Assembly (NCBI GenBank): GCA_963722385.1
Contig: CAVRKK010000002.1
Location: 448,001-512,000, forward strand
Reading direction: 5' to 3'
Length of the DNA stretch: 64,000 nucleotides
Source: an uncultured bacterium
GTDB taxonomy: Bacteria > Babelota > Babeliae > Babelales > Babelaceae
This document shows, in pieces, positions 32,201-42,546 of the stretch. The notes below the pieces were generated by a model that saw nothing but the letters and a program-made list of their open reading frames with translations, searched no databases and had not been told where the DNA came from. Position numbers and translations under genes: made by a program. Numbering within the stretch: position 1 is the first letter of the stretch; each line of letters begins with the position of its first letter.

Positions 32201-32834
32201 CTTTCTTTGTTATTTGCCTAATTAAAACATTTTGAGTATTCTTACCACAATTTAACTTTTATAATGGCCGCAGCTCTAGCTCTCATAAAAAGATCGTACA
32301 CTTGCACAAGAAATAGGGCTGCATCAATTTCGTAAACGGCTTGGAATCATGTATAATACTCTTCTCAAAAAACTTAATCTTGTCTTCTCGTTCACGTTAC
32401 TGTTTTCTTCGCTCTTGGGTGAAGAAGCGAAAAATGGACCGTATGCCGAATTCGATGCTGACAGGTTTGGCCAGCAATTCAATAAAAAGCCTGAATACCA
32501 TCATGAAAATTTTGCGGGATCATCTCAAAATACTTATTCCGGATTTGACAATGACGAATCAACGACTGATGAGCCAGGTAGCGAAGAATATGAGCATAAC
32601 GAGGAAAATGCTTCGCAATCATTTACCAGCACCGCTGCAGGTGGCGAAGACCCTGAAAATGATCCACGAAGAAAAAGAAACCAACATACAACATACCCTC
32701 CCGAGCCAACAAATTTAGGCGAACAGACTAACTTACAACTTGGAAGAGGAATACGTAAACTGCAAAGAAGAATGAAGGAACATGAAGAAAAATTGGAAGT
32801 ATATAAAAAGAATCCTTTCGATGCCAAACGCTAA
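32201..32834 (+). pseudogene. Duplicate of the toxin locus (promoter plus CDS 32349-32834) lacking Hint/TM and toxin C-terminus
   Basis: 32201-32418 matches ~25648-25860, then joins in frame to the GEEAKNGPY linker; stops at KKNPFDAKR*. Confidence 0.8.
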
Positions 32835-33304
32835 AAGCATGGTCTGAATATTGCTTAACATAAAGCTTAAATCAATTCTACCTTTTCTGAGTATGTTGTC
32901 CAAATCGACTACAAGATTTCTCTAAATATCTACCAGCCTTTACAAGCACTCGGAGCTGAATCAGGCGCTTTGCACGCCATCCCCTTAGCTACGCCAAATT
33001 TTTTTCAAATGAGCTTCATCTTCAGGTTCTTTATAGCGAGGTATCCATTTACCGATTTTTTAGGTCCATAATGAGCGTCTTATTTTCATCAAGCGTGCAA
33101 CCATCTCATCTGTTTTAGCCTCCAGCTCACTGCTGGGAACAAGGTGGGACACTAGCCAGTATCGCATATCTTCAAGGCGCTTTTTAATGCGGTAAAATTT
33201 GCCCATTCTATATCCTCATAGTTATCCTGCATTTCGCTTTAAACGCTTTTCTTTAGGCTTTATAGTTTCTTTGCCTAGGCTTCTTTCGTATTTATTAGAG
33301 CTTC

Positions 33305-33529
33305 TTACAAAAAGCACTGATATTTAACCTTGAATATGGCTGCAAGTTTTTGGGCCGTCTTTTTACCAATAGGACGTTTGCCTCGTTCCATTGAAGAAAT
33401 ATTGTTTGCCGATGTGCCAATTAATTGAGATAGATGTGCTTGCGTATATTCTTTGCGCAATCGAAGGTCTTTAAGAAAACGTCCCGGCTCTAAGTCAGCA
33501 TTGAGCTGATCTGTTAATTGCTTACTCAT
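33305..33529 (-). CDS. XRE-family HTH regulator (HigA-like)
   Basis: LRLRKEYTQAHLSQLIGTSANNISSMERGKRPI. Confidence 0.85.
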   Translation of the reverse strand: MSKQLTDQLNADLEPGRFLKDLRLRKEYTQAHLSQLIGTSANNISSMERGKRPIGKKTAQKLAAIFKVKYQCFL

Positions 33530-33538
33530 AATTCTGCT

Positions 33539-33817
33539 TTATCTTGCTAGTTTCTCTATGATAAGTGAATTAAAGCTTATGCCGCATTCAGAAGCTTCTT
33601 CCTGCAATCTTCTGTGAAGGCCGGATGGAATTTCAATACTTAAAGGCACATGAACTTTGTTTAAGGTTTTTTTGCTTGTCGAAGAATCGCGTCTCTTTTT
33701 GGGCTTAGATGCGATATCAGAAATTTCGATGGTTGTTGTGCGTAGGTCTAGCTTGTTCTTTTTATGAGCAGCGATATCTTCCAGGCCCTTCATAAGTTTC
33801 TCGAAAAGTTTGCTCAT
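33539..33817 (-). CDS. Antitoxin-like protein: HigA-type N-terminus plus HicB-type ribbon-helix-helix C-terminus
   Basis: MSKLFEKLMKGLEDIAAH..; C-terminal LSIEIPSGLHRRLQEEASECGISFNSLIIEKL; overlaps the toxin stop. Confidence 0.72.
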   Translation of the reverse strand: MSKLFEKLMKGLEDIAAHKKNKLDLRTTTIEISDIASKPKKRRDSSTSKKTLNKVHVPLSIEIPSGLHRRLQEEASECGISFNSLIIEKLAR

Positions 33818-34149
33818 AGCAATTCCTTTATGGTCTTTTTTAAGATACTTTTTTCTTGAGCTGTAATACTTTCTTGTTCGCTCTTTGGATGCAGCCATAA
33901 TAGCCATATCGTTTTATTATTAGCATCATCGTAATAGTAGATCCTGAATCCGCCACTTTTACCTTTGTCGGGGGCTTTCAACCTTATTTTTCTAAGACCT
34001 CCTGTACCTCTGATCAAATCGCCTTCTGTGGGATTTTGAGCAAGATAGTTTTTCAAGGTCCCAAAATCGCTATTTATGAGCTTTTTCTTTTCAATGAGAC
34101 CGTCTATTTCTTTCATAAATTCTCTGGTCTCAATTATTTGTCTTTTCAT
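33814..34149 (-). CDS. RelE/HigB-2-family toxin
   Basis: NPTEGDLIRGTGGLRKIR..KGKSGGFRIYYY signature. Confidence 0.88.
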   Translation of the reverse strand: MKRQIIETREFMKEIDGLIEKKKLINSDFGTLKNYLAQNPTEGDLIRGTGGLRKIRLKAPDKGKSGGFRIYYYDDANNKTIWLLWLHPKSEQESITAQEKSILKKTIKELL

Positions 34150-34832
34150 GGAGCTACTTAAACCAATCTTTATATATTTAGATAGTATCAAATTTTGAGA
34201 GGTTATACAAGATATTGTTGTTTAACCCCCGTCCGACCCGGCGTCAATGGACATTGAAAAAGGCGATTAGTGTTCATAGGCAATAAATTTTAGTTTTTGA
34301 TTCAAAAGAACACAAAGATTTTTAAGGCTTGTACATTAACTAGGCCGCAACTGGAGGCCGACTTACCTCCTAGTTAAATATTTACAGGACTTCCGCAAAA
34401 AAGTGAAAGATCTGAACAGATTTGACTTTTAAGAAAATAAGAGCTCCAATAATGTTACTACAACAAAAAAAGGAGCTCTTAATGTTGCTTATAGGCTGCA
34501 ACCAACAGTGTGCATCACGCAATTCTTAGTTGCCTACGCGATGCCTAGCGTTGAAAAATCGGTCTGAATGAGGCTTAACGTAAAATTTAGGTTGATTTCA
34601 CCATTTCTGAACATGGCCGGAAGTCGATAAGCAATCTTCTTTCTTCCATTTCTGAACACAAGAAAAGTTCACATGCTTTAGTTCGAAGTCGACACTTTAC
34701 CGGTTCCATCGCTATCTTTCGGTTGGCTAAGATGAGATTCACTTCAATAAGTTGATCACGAGGACGAGTGTAAATCTGTCATAGATAGTAGTTATTTTTT
34801 ATGCTCAGTGTAAAGCCAAAGCGCTTATTCTG

Positions 34833-36081
34833 CAGGGCCGGCTCATCTAAATTTGATTGACAATTAATTCCAAAGTGCTAGGTTGCCAGCAAGACAGCTT
34901 TCGAAGACATTTGATACTGATGTACTTATCAACCAATGGCTGGGCTCGTTTGAGCAAGTTAAGCGCCAAACTTTTGATGGTCGCTACATTTTGAGGAGCA
35001 TTACCTTTTCGAATTCTCGATTGATCATCATTAAAGCAAACATCGAGTACCCAATGCATCGAATTCTCTATTAACCAGTGACTTCTTGCGGCGCGCAATA
35101 TTCTTTCTGCTGATGCAGGAATACTTGTTATGTAGTAACGTTTTTCTATAGTCTTATTCTTACCAATCAATCGCTCTGATTGTATACAGGCAATGCTCTT
35201 TAGTGAGACCCAATCATTCTTTTTAGAAATCCAGCCTATTTGATCGGTTGTTGTACAAGTCCTAATCTCAATTCGACCATGCCCTTTTTCTGTTTCTGAA
35301 AATGTATCATGCTTAATATTGATATATTTTGATTCGCTTTCTATTTCAAAGAAAGTTTTTATTTCTTCAAGAAGATCACCTTGATTGCCCTTTACATTAA
35401 GCAAATAATCCCCTTTTTTGTCAATAATCTTTTGAGCAATTTTTTTCTGGGTCCCTATTGCATCAATCGTCACTATCGCACCGCAGATATCAATTAAGTC
35501 CAAGAGCTGCGGGATAGCCGTTATTTCATTCGATTTTCCTTCTACCTTTTTTTGACAAAGGACCATTCTAACATCTGTCGCAAATGCATTGACTAGATAA
35601 AGAGGCTCTTTATCTTCTGTTTCACCCTGATCAAAGCTTCTTTTTGTCACTTTCCCATCTATGGCTACTGTTCTTGCATCATCAGTGTCTCTGTTATCCC
35701 TTACTGATGCTACTAAATCGCTTACCCATTTTACAAATATTTTAGAAAACTCATTAGGATCAAGTGCTCTAAAAAATCTCCTTAACGTATCATCGCTTGG
35801 TACCCCATTTTCAAATGGTAGATACTTTTTAAGTACGTCTAATCGAGCTTTTCCGTAGTATTCGATATCTTTCCAACCCTCGCACCCACTTATAACCCCT
35901 ACCAGAGTTAAAAAAAGAATATCTGCCATTGAATGCAGTTTTCCTCTTTCAATTCTTGGGTCTTCTAGTTCACCTATATAATCCAAAAAACTAATATTTC
36001 TGTCTTCCATCTTGGTTCTCCCGGTTTTTTTTGAGAACCATTATATCTTAGTTTTTTAATTTTTTAAGTGAGCCGGCCCTG
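34833..36081 (-). mobile_element. Intact ISAs1-family insertion sequence
   Basis: Terminal inverted repeats CAGGGCCGGCTCA / TGAGCCGGCCCTG; 10-bp direct repeat GCTTATTCTG at 34823-34832 and 36082-36091. Confidence 0.95.
34847..36010 (-). CDS. ISAs1-family transposase
   Basis: LEDPR, PSDDT, AIDGK, KSNEITAIP, VTIDA, VKGNQ, GHGRIE, RSHWLIENSMHWVLDV. Confidence 0.95.
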   Translation of the reverse strand: MEDRNISFLDYIGELEDPRIERGKLHSMADILFLTLVGVISGCEGWKDIEYYGKARLDVLKKYLPFENGVPSDDTLRRFFRALDPNEFSKIFVKWVSDLVASVRDNRDTDDARTVAIDGKVTKRSFDQGETEDKEPLYLVNAFATDVRMVLCQKKVEGKSNEITAIPQLLDLIDICGAIVTIDAIGTQKKIAQKIIDKKGDYLLNVKGNQGDLLEEIKTFFEIESESKYINIKHDTFSETEKGHGRIEIRTCTTTDQIGWISKKNDWVSLKSIACIQSERLIGKNKTIEKRYYITSIPASAERILRAARSHWLIENSMHWVLDVCFNDDQSRIRKGNAPQNVATIKSLALNLLKRAQPLVDKYISIKCLRKLSCWQPSTLELIVNQI

Positions 36082-36213
36082 GCTTATTCTGCAGCCCCTC
36101 CCCTTTTGGAAATTAAACTTCTAAAATAATGTAGCTTTTAATAGTATTAATTTGCCTGATTGCCTTCCTCGTGGTATGGTAAAATATATAAAAAGCTATA
36201 ATTGAGATTTCAA

Positions 36214-37698
36214 ATGAAATTTTTAACACTGTTATTTGGACTATTTTCGTTCAGTTTATTTATACCAAACTATGCTATGGAAGGCGGCAAAAGACCTCAC
36301 CCGGAAGAGAAAAAAGGCGAAGAGGCCGATAAGCATCTGAACTTAAAAAAACGGCGCAATAACGAAGAAGAGCGGGAAAGAAAACAACAAGCAACATTGG
36401 CACTTTTTGCAGCGGCACAAGCCGGCAATATTGAGGATGCTCGCCATGCCCTTGAAGAAAATGCTAACTTTGCCTTTACCAATGAACATAATCAAACATT
36501 GGCTCAAATTGCGCGCGAGCATGGACATGAGGGGTTTGCCTCATGGCTTGAAGAGACTATCGCAGACATAATAAAATCTAACCAACTAAAGCTCAGTAGT
36601 GCCATACAAGATGAGGACCTTGACGCTATAGATCGAGCGGCAGCGGACATGAACCCCGCTTTTATTTCTGTTTCTTTATTAGAAGCTATAGGAAATGAAA
36701 AGGAAAGGCAAAAAGTAGTCGCGCTTCTTCTTGCTCGTGGCGCATATGTTAATGTCTGCGATCATAGAGGTGCCCAGGCGATCCATGAAGCGGTAGCACG
36801 AGGCCATTTTACCACGGTCATTACTCTATTAGCTCATGGAGCCAACCTCAATGCCCAAGATGAGCAAGGATTCACGCCTTTCGATTATGTGCTTCAAGAC
36901 AATGGTTTGTATTGTCACCGTGATGAACGAGGCATAGGCGCCCTCTTCTTGCTGGGAGCTTTAGCACGTACACAGAGCACCCGTATGCTTCGTTTCCTCG
37001 AGACATGGCCGTTAATTATTCGTGATTTCTTTCAAGATAAGGCCAAATTTCAATTGCGCTTAGATGAACTTGCTATGTTAGCACAAATAACAGCCCCATG
37101 CGCTGAGGAAGTCAGCGAGATAACTAGGGCCTTTATCCTAGCGGCTGCATGGGATGACGATAACGACATTTTTCAAACTTTTATTCAGCGTTTCCAACAA
37201 AACATTGATCCCGTGACCTGCAACTTAGCTGGTGCAGCCACGGCATTTCACGGCCATAGTGCCACTCTGGCCACTTTATGCACATTTGTTTTTGAGCGAC
37301 ACGTTGAGCATACAAAACGCTTTCTTAATACTGCTTTTATTATAGCAGTTGCGCAAGGCCACATTGCTTTGGTCCAGCAGCTCATTAACTTCGATATAGG
37401 AGCGACTGCTTGCTCCCAATATTTTAACACAAGCCAAAGCAACTTAGACCTACAACTTGCACTCCAACGCTTAAAACTTCTTTTGCGCAATAAGCTTTTA
37501 TCAGATTCTTTAAAGAATCGTTACGAAATTATTGAACAGCTACTAAGAGATTATGTCAAGACGCGTGTTGCTCGCGTTCTTATAGAATGCGCAGCGCAGC
37601 GGCAACCGCATGGGCCACCACCACCAAGCCAGCCTCGACCCTCTTTACTCGGCTTACCGCCAGATCTTAGAATACTTATTATGCGCCACGCAACCTAA
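36214..37698 (+). CDS. Secreted ankyrin-repeat protein with C-terminal F-box-like motif
   Basis: ..IPNYA-MEG; ANK repeats (GANLNAQDEQGFTPF); ends PSLLGLPPDLRILIMRHAT. Confidence 0.85.
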   Translation: MKFLTLLFGLFSFSLFIPNYAMEGGKRPHPEEKKGEEADKHLNLKKRRNNEEERERKQQATLALFAAAQAGNIEDARHALEENANFAFTNEHNQTLAQIAREHGHEGFASWLEETIADIIKSNQLKLSSAIQDEDLDAIDRAAADMNPAFISVSLLEAIGNEKERQKVVALLLARGAYVNVCDHRGAQAIHEAVARGHFTTVITLLAHGANLNAQDEQGFTPFDYVLQDNGLYCHRDERGIGALFLLGALARTQSTRMLRFLETWPLIIRDFFQDKAKFQLRLDELAMLAQITAPCAEEVSEITRAFILAAAWDDDNDIFQTFIQRFQQNIDPVTCNLAGAATAFHGHSATLATLCTFVFERHVEHTKRFLNTAFIIAVAQGHIALVQQLINFDIGATACSQYFNTSQSNLDLQLALQRLKLLLRNKLLSDSLKNRYEIIEQLLRDYVKTRVARVLIECAAQRQPHGPPPPSQPRPSLLGLPPDLRILIMRHAT

Positions 37699-38079
37699 AG
37701 GCTGTTTCTAAAATAAAATATCTTGCTTGCAATATAGCTTTTAAAGCTACAAGCTAGCTGATTTTTATGCCTTAACTTTTTGCTGTCTACTCGATATAGG
37801 GCGTTGAAAGCTATCTAAATGTGCTTAACGTAAAACTTCGCTCAAAGAGTTGCAAATCTAAATTAGTTGTTAAAATTATTATTATTTGAGTTGCATAATT
37901 TATATTTTGCGAAAGACTAATAAATGAAAATTGCAAATAATAGAGCCAAATTACTACTAATATGTGAGCGCGATGTTGAGCATCTCGACATTTATTGTTT
38001 ATGGAATGGAAGATCCATCTGATTCTAATACTTCGAACGAGGAAGAGAAAGCAAAGATCAATGGATGGGAGGATAATGC

Positions 38080-38924
38080 GCCGTAACTCTAATGATGTCA
38101 CCCTTTTTAATTTTGTAACCGGAACTCTCAGTAACCCTCGGTCGTATCCTTTACCAGCCAATTCAACCAAACCAGTGGTAACGTTCACACCGGATGATAA
38201 CTATCTTGTTACAGCAAATGCTAAATCATATGATGTAACTCTTTTTAAGGTAGCAAGCGGTGTACTAAGTGGTAGCATGTCCAAACCGCTTCCAAAAGGA
38301 TCATCAGTTCCTAATGCTGTTGTCTCTTTCTCAGATAATCAGGAAGAGATTGTTATTATTACTGCTAACAATGGTTCTGATGATATTACGCTATTTGCTA
38401 TTATAAATGGCGCTTTATCCGAAGGACAATCACGCCAAATTGCCCAAGGTAATGCGCAGCCAGGATCTATAGGCCTGTCGGCCGATGGTGCTTTCTTAGC
38501 AGCAAGTAACAGCGGTTCTGATACAATAGCTATCATTGAGTTTTCAAAAGAAGCTATTTTGGGAAATCGTACTACACACATTTTGCCTGACAACTCTACA
38601 TACTGTGTATCAATAGCTTTCTCTCCTATTTTTTCGAGCACAGGAAGTTCTCTGCTTGCTACAGCTAATTTTTATTCCGATGATGTATCCATTTCACAAA
38701 TATTTGGAACAAGCAGCGAAGGAGGATCTTCAAGTAATGGCGATGAGAGCTCTACCAATATCGGTATTATTGTAGGGCCTATAATGGGTGGAGTTGGCGC
38801 TCTGACAGGTATTGTTGTAGTTGGTATAGTTGCTTATTTTGCTTGGAAATATTTTGCGCGTTATCGTGGTTCAGGCGCTGTTAACTACTCACCGGAAGAG
38901 GTAGCTGAAGTACAAGCGCTCTAA
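38080..38924 (+). pseudogene. 5'-truncated paralog of the beta-propeller membrane protein
   Basis: NSNDVTLF..SYPLPANST repeats and C-terminal TM plus tail; no signal peptide; the N-terminus of ORF 37995 is unrelated. Confidence 0.75.
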
Positions 38925-39017
38925 ATTTCTAGAAAGTAAGCATTTGCTCCTCATGCAAATATGAAAGTGGCTTGTGTGGAATGTGGAATTTGTACCATTA
39001 ATCCCTACACCAGATGG

Positions 39018-39055
39018 TTTGGCGTTGCTGCACTCAAGACATCAGCAACGCCAAA
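39018..39055. terminator. Perfect 13-bp stem-loop
   Basis: TTTGGCGTTGCTG-N12-CAGCAACGCCAAA; terminator role is inferred. Confidence 0.45.
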
Positions 39056-39079
39056 ACTCACGAGTACTTATCTACACAA

Positions 39080-39311
39080 AAAAGAGCGCCCGAAGCGAAA
39101 AATTAAATCTCTAAGCATAGAAACCAAGGGATTAAAGATTGATCGAGAGAAATTAAATGTCCATAGGCGATACAAATATTTTGATCTATCTCTTTTCGTC
39201 GGATTGTGCTGAAAAGAGAGTGACCGTTGAACGTATTTTACGTCAAGCCGGGGAGTCTATATTAGTATTCAGGTAATTAACGAATGTGTTCGAGTATTGC
39301 ATGAAAGATAA
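39080..39311 (+). pseudogene. vapBC toxin-antitoxin remnant (antitoxin tail plus PIN N-terminus)
   Basis: SLSIETKGLKIDREKLN overlapping ATG 39157 MSIGDTNILIYLFSSD..EKR, then frameshifted SIQVINE. Confidence 0.62.
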
Positions 39312-39326
39312 AAGCAATCATATAAG

Positions 39327-40556
39327 CTATTCTTCCCATACTAAATTAATAGGAAGCGCATATAAATTATTACCAAAGGGAACTGTCTGGTTACCAGTGT
39401 ATATAACAAAGCCTTTTAAAAACTTGCGGCCAGCTTTACGCTGCAAATAACTCAGTCCTTTAAAATCGTCTGGTGTTACCCTTGAGCTACTTTTTACTTC
39501 TATGCCGACTATATTGCCTAAGCGATCTTCTAAAACCAGATCCACCTCTTGGCCATCCGTTGTCCTAAAATGATATAAACTAACTCGAGTATGACTCCAT
39601 GTTGCTTGCTTTCTTAATTCCTCGATAACAAAATTCTCAACCACTCTGCCCATGATTACGTTATCTTCTAATGCTCTATTGAGATTAAAGCCTAAAAGAT
39701 AGCCTTGGAGGCCAGTATCATTTATGTATAATTTGGGGGATTTTGTAAATCTTAACGTCGAATTCGCGCTCCAAGCTAATTGAAGATGAATAATAAAAAT
39801 AGTTTTTAATAGCGCAATATACCGCTCTACAGTTTTGGCGACAAGCTTAGCATCACGTGCTACCTCAGCTATGTTTAATAAGTTAGAACTTCTAAAAGCA
39901 AGAATCTGTAATAGTTTGGGCATTTCAGTTAGCTTTTCAATAGCTGCTAAATCTTTAATGTCTCTTTGAAGTAAAAGGTTTAGGTAATTTCGCATCCAAG
40001 CCTGATGTGCTTCAGCATTCATAGATTGGACAGAAGGATAGCCGCCCACCATAGCGCGCCGGTAGAGTTCTTCTTTTATTAAAGGATTCTTTGGATTGGC
40101 AAACTGATGATTGCTGAATGCTAAGTCAATAAAGTCTATTTTTTTATTGTAAATCTCTCCTTGCGATAAAGTCATAAGATCAATAATTTCCATTCTTCCA
40201 ACCAGAGAGTCGCCTAGTTTCGGTATGAGGAGCGGATTTGCCGAACCAGTGAGTAGATATCTCGCAGGAATACGATGTTTATCGACATCTCGTTTGATAG
40301 CCAGAAAGATCTCAGGAACCCGTTGAACTTCATCAATAATCATAGGTTTTCTTGCATCCTCGATAAATCCCTGAGGATTTGCTTTCGCGGCTAAGTAAAC
40401 TACCTCATCATCAAAAGTTATGTAGTTATAAGAATCTTGTTCCGCTAGATGAAGCGCTAAAGTTGTCTTACCCACTTGTCGTGCACCATTGAGAAGAACA
40501 ACGGGGCTCCTTTGGAGTGCTTTCTGCAAGAATGGCTCTATTTTTCTTATAAACAT
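39327..40556 (-). CDS. AAA+ ATPase with DUF4143 / PD-(D/E)xK-like C-terminus
   Basis: GARQVGKT, IIDEVQ, LTGS, GGYP, KSPKLY, EVDLVLE..GIEVK. Confidence 0.9.
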   Translation of the reverse strand: MFIRKIEPFLQKALQRSPVVLLNGARQVGKTTLALHLAEQDSYNYITFDDEVVYLAAKANPQGFIEDARKPMIIDEVQRVPEIFLAIKRDVDKHRIPARYLLTGSANPLLIPKLGDSLVGRMEIIDLMTLSQGEIYNKKIDFIDLAFSNHQFANPKNPLIKEELYRRAMVGGYPSVQSMNAEAHQAWMRNYLNLLLQRDIKDLAAIEKLTEMPKLLQILAFRSSNLLNIAEVARDAKLVAKTVERYIALLKTIFIIHLQLAWSANSTLRFTKSPKLYINDTGLQGYLLGFNLNRALEDNVIMGRVVENFVIEELRKQATWSHTRVSLYHFRTTDGQEVDLVLEDRLGNIVGIEVKSSSRVTPDDFKGLSYLQRKAGRKFLKGFVIYTGNQTVPFGNNLYALPINLVWEE

Positions 40557-40992
40557 AGGCTTTTTCTTAAAAAAAGACAGTATCTGTCTTATATTATGGC
40601 GTGACTTGTCTTTTTTGCAAACTCAGCCTAACTATTCTTGCATAATCCTTCTTTTGCCATTGCTATTTCTTATAATATTACTCAAACCGATCTATATATA
40701 AAAACCGCTGGATAGCGAGGATAGCTTAGTAATAACCTTAAGGTAGCTTATGAGTTCCAGGAAGCCGTCTTTTGTAGTTCACGTATAAAGTAGTTGCCAA
40801 TAGAAATAAGGCCTGCCTCATAAGGGTCCTTTGCATTTGTAGTCTTATTTTTGCTTTTTTCGTTTTTTTAGGTTTGTCTCTCGTTTTGTAATCGACTATC
40901 AACAATTATAAGCAATCTAACAAATGAATCAACCTAAGTTTAATGTGGTTCAATTTCATGTGGAGGCAAATGAAAATGAAGCAGCAGAACAA

Positions 40993-41190
40993 TCATGTAT
41001 ATGAACATTCGGTAGTATATGGATGCCAATACCGTATTACTGTTTTGTCCTGAATATGTCGACCTATAGGATACTCGCTCGTGAGAACGACGGTCTCCTC
41101 AAGCTCATCATTCCCCAACTGTGCAAAGCTCTCCAAAAGGTGAAAATTATATTTTTTCTGAAGTGATAGCGAGTGAGCAATGAAATCCAT
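40993..41190 (-). CDS. Small hypothetical protein or gene fragment
   Basis: 65-aa ORF starting 2 bp after the ATPase stop; no motif recognised. Confidence 0.35.
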   Translation of the reverse strand: MDFIAHSLSLQKKYNFHLLESFAQLGNDELEETVVLTSEYPIGRHIQDKTVIRYWHPYTTECSYT

Positions 41191-41192
41191 TT

Positions 41193-42524
41193 TTATTGAG
41201 GGATGCTTCCTAGTTTTGCCACAGCATATAAAGGGTATGAGTGAATTTTTTTTCCTGCAATAGATCCGGCAACAGCGTAGTTACTTGGTGCAACCTTAAT
41301 TCCATGGGGGGAATGAGGGTGGGTTTCTAAAAACAGCTTCATACTCTGTAATGCTGACCCTGAACCACTTTTAACTTCTATTGGTATAACGTTTTCGTTT
41401 ATTTGAATCAAGTAATCGATTTCGGCACTGCTCGTTCTCTCTTCTCTTCGCCAGTAGTACAAGTTTCGTTCTTTAAAAGGGTTAGAATAAGCAAGGAGCT
41501 CTTGTCCAACAAAAGCTTCACTAAACTCCCCTTTATTAACAAACTGGCTCATTGGATCTATAATCCATGGCCCTATGTCAGCTCCGAGGACTACCTGGCT
41601 CAGAGCAACGTCCAGAAAGATAACCTTAAAATCTTCGACATCCATTTGTGCTCCCAAAGGAATTCCTTGTCCAGCAGTTTTAAAAATTTTTGTTACTATG
41701 CCTGCCATTGAAAGGAGGGTAAGCGCTGGCTCAAGCTCTCTTTTTTTGTAATCGTTGCCAACCTCGCTATATTTAAATTTTCTTCCTAGACGCTTTGGTA
41801 TATGCTCAAAGAGCAAGTTCAGATACTTAATCTGCGAACGCTTCGCATATTTGTCAAAATCTTTTCTATAGGTATTCACTACTGCCCGTAGAATTTTGCC
41901 ACACCTAAACATATCTTTGGTTTCTCTCCAGCATCCTACTGCAGCTGGCATGCCTCCAATCGCAAGATATTCTCCTAGGAAAGTAAGAGCAGTCTGATGT
42001 GCTGTTTCGCTTATTGGCTCATCTGACTTATGATGTAAAATAGCTTCGGCTAACATATTTTGATTAAGAGCATACAGAAATTCAATAAATGACATTGGAT
42101 ACATATAAAGCCAATCAATACGTCCTACAGCCATACCAATTTTCTCAATTTGAAAATCCAAAAGTGAGCCGGCAGCTAGTACATGAAGCTCAGGCATTTC
42201 TTCATAAAAGTAGCGTAATGACTTAAAAGCTTTCTCTGATTCCTGAATTTCGTCAAAAAACAATAAGGTTTTACCGGGAGTGATCGGTTTGCCAATCATA
42301 AAAGCAAGGTCTCTTATAATTCTATCGGGTGCAAGATCCTTTTCGAAAGCAATCGAAAACCGTGGATTGCGCTCAAAATTGATTTGAACAAAGTCCTCAA
42401 ATGCCTTGCCTAAATTTATCGCAGCATAGGTTTTTCCTACTTGCCGAGCACCTCGAATGAGCAGGGGCATTCTAAAGGTACTTTCTTTCCATTCTAAGAG
42501 ATATTTATCAATTGATCGCTTCAT
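41193..42524 (-). CDS. AAA+ ATPase with DUF4143 / PD-(D/E)xK-like C-terminus
   Basis: GARQVGKT, FFDEIQ, AAGSLL, GGMP, AEIDYL..IPIEVK. Confidence 0.9.
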   Translation of the reverse strand: MKRSIDKYLLEWKESTFRMPLLIRGARQVGKTYAAINLGKAFEDFVQINFERNPRFSIAFEKDLAPDRIIRDLAFMIGKPITPGKTLLFFDEIQESEKAFKSLRYFYEEMPELHVLAAGSLLDFQIEKIGMAVGRIDWLYMYPMSFIEFLYALNQNMLAEAILHHKSDEPISETAHQTALTFLGEYLAIGGMPAAVGCWRETKDMFRCGKILRAVVNTYRKDFDKYAKRSQIKYLNLLFEHIPKRLGRKFKYSEVGNDYKKRELEPALTLLSMAGIVTKIFKTAGQGIPLGAQMDVEDFKVIFLDVALSQVVLGADIGPWIIDPMSQFVNKGEFSEAFVGQELLAYSNPFKERNLYYWRREERTSSAEIDYLIQINENVIPIEVKSGSGSALQSMKLFLETHPHSPHGIKVAPSNYAVAGSIAGKKIHSYPLYAVAKLGSIPQ

Positions 42525-42546
42525 GCTTGCTTTTCCTCAAGAAGAT

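Noticed and set aside
25648..32834. Diversity-generating retroelement template/variable repeat pair
   Set aside because: No reverse transcriptase, and differences between the toxin copies are not adenine-specific.
32985..33232. Minus-strand ORF MQDNYEDIEW... with an in-frame stop
   Set aside because: Possibly a decayed gene, but no recognisable family; not supportable.
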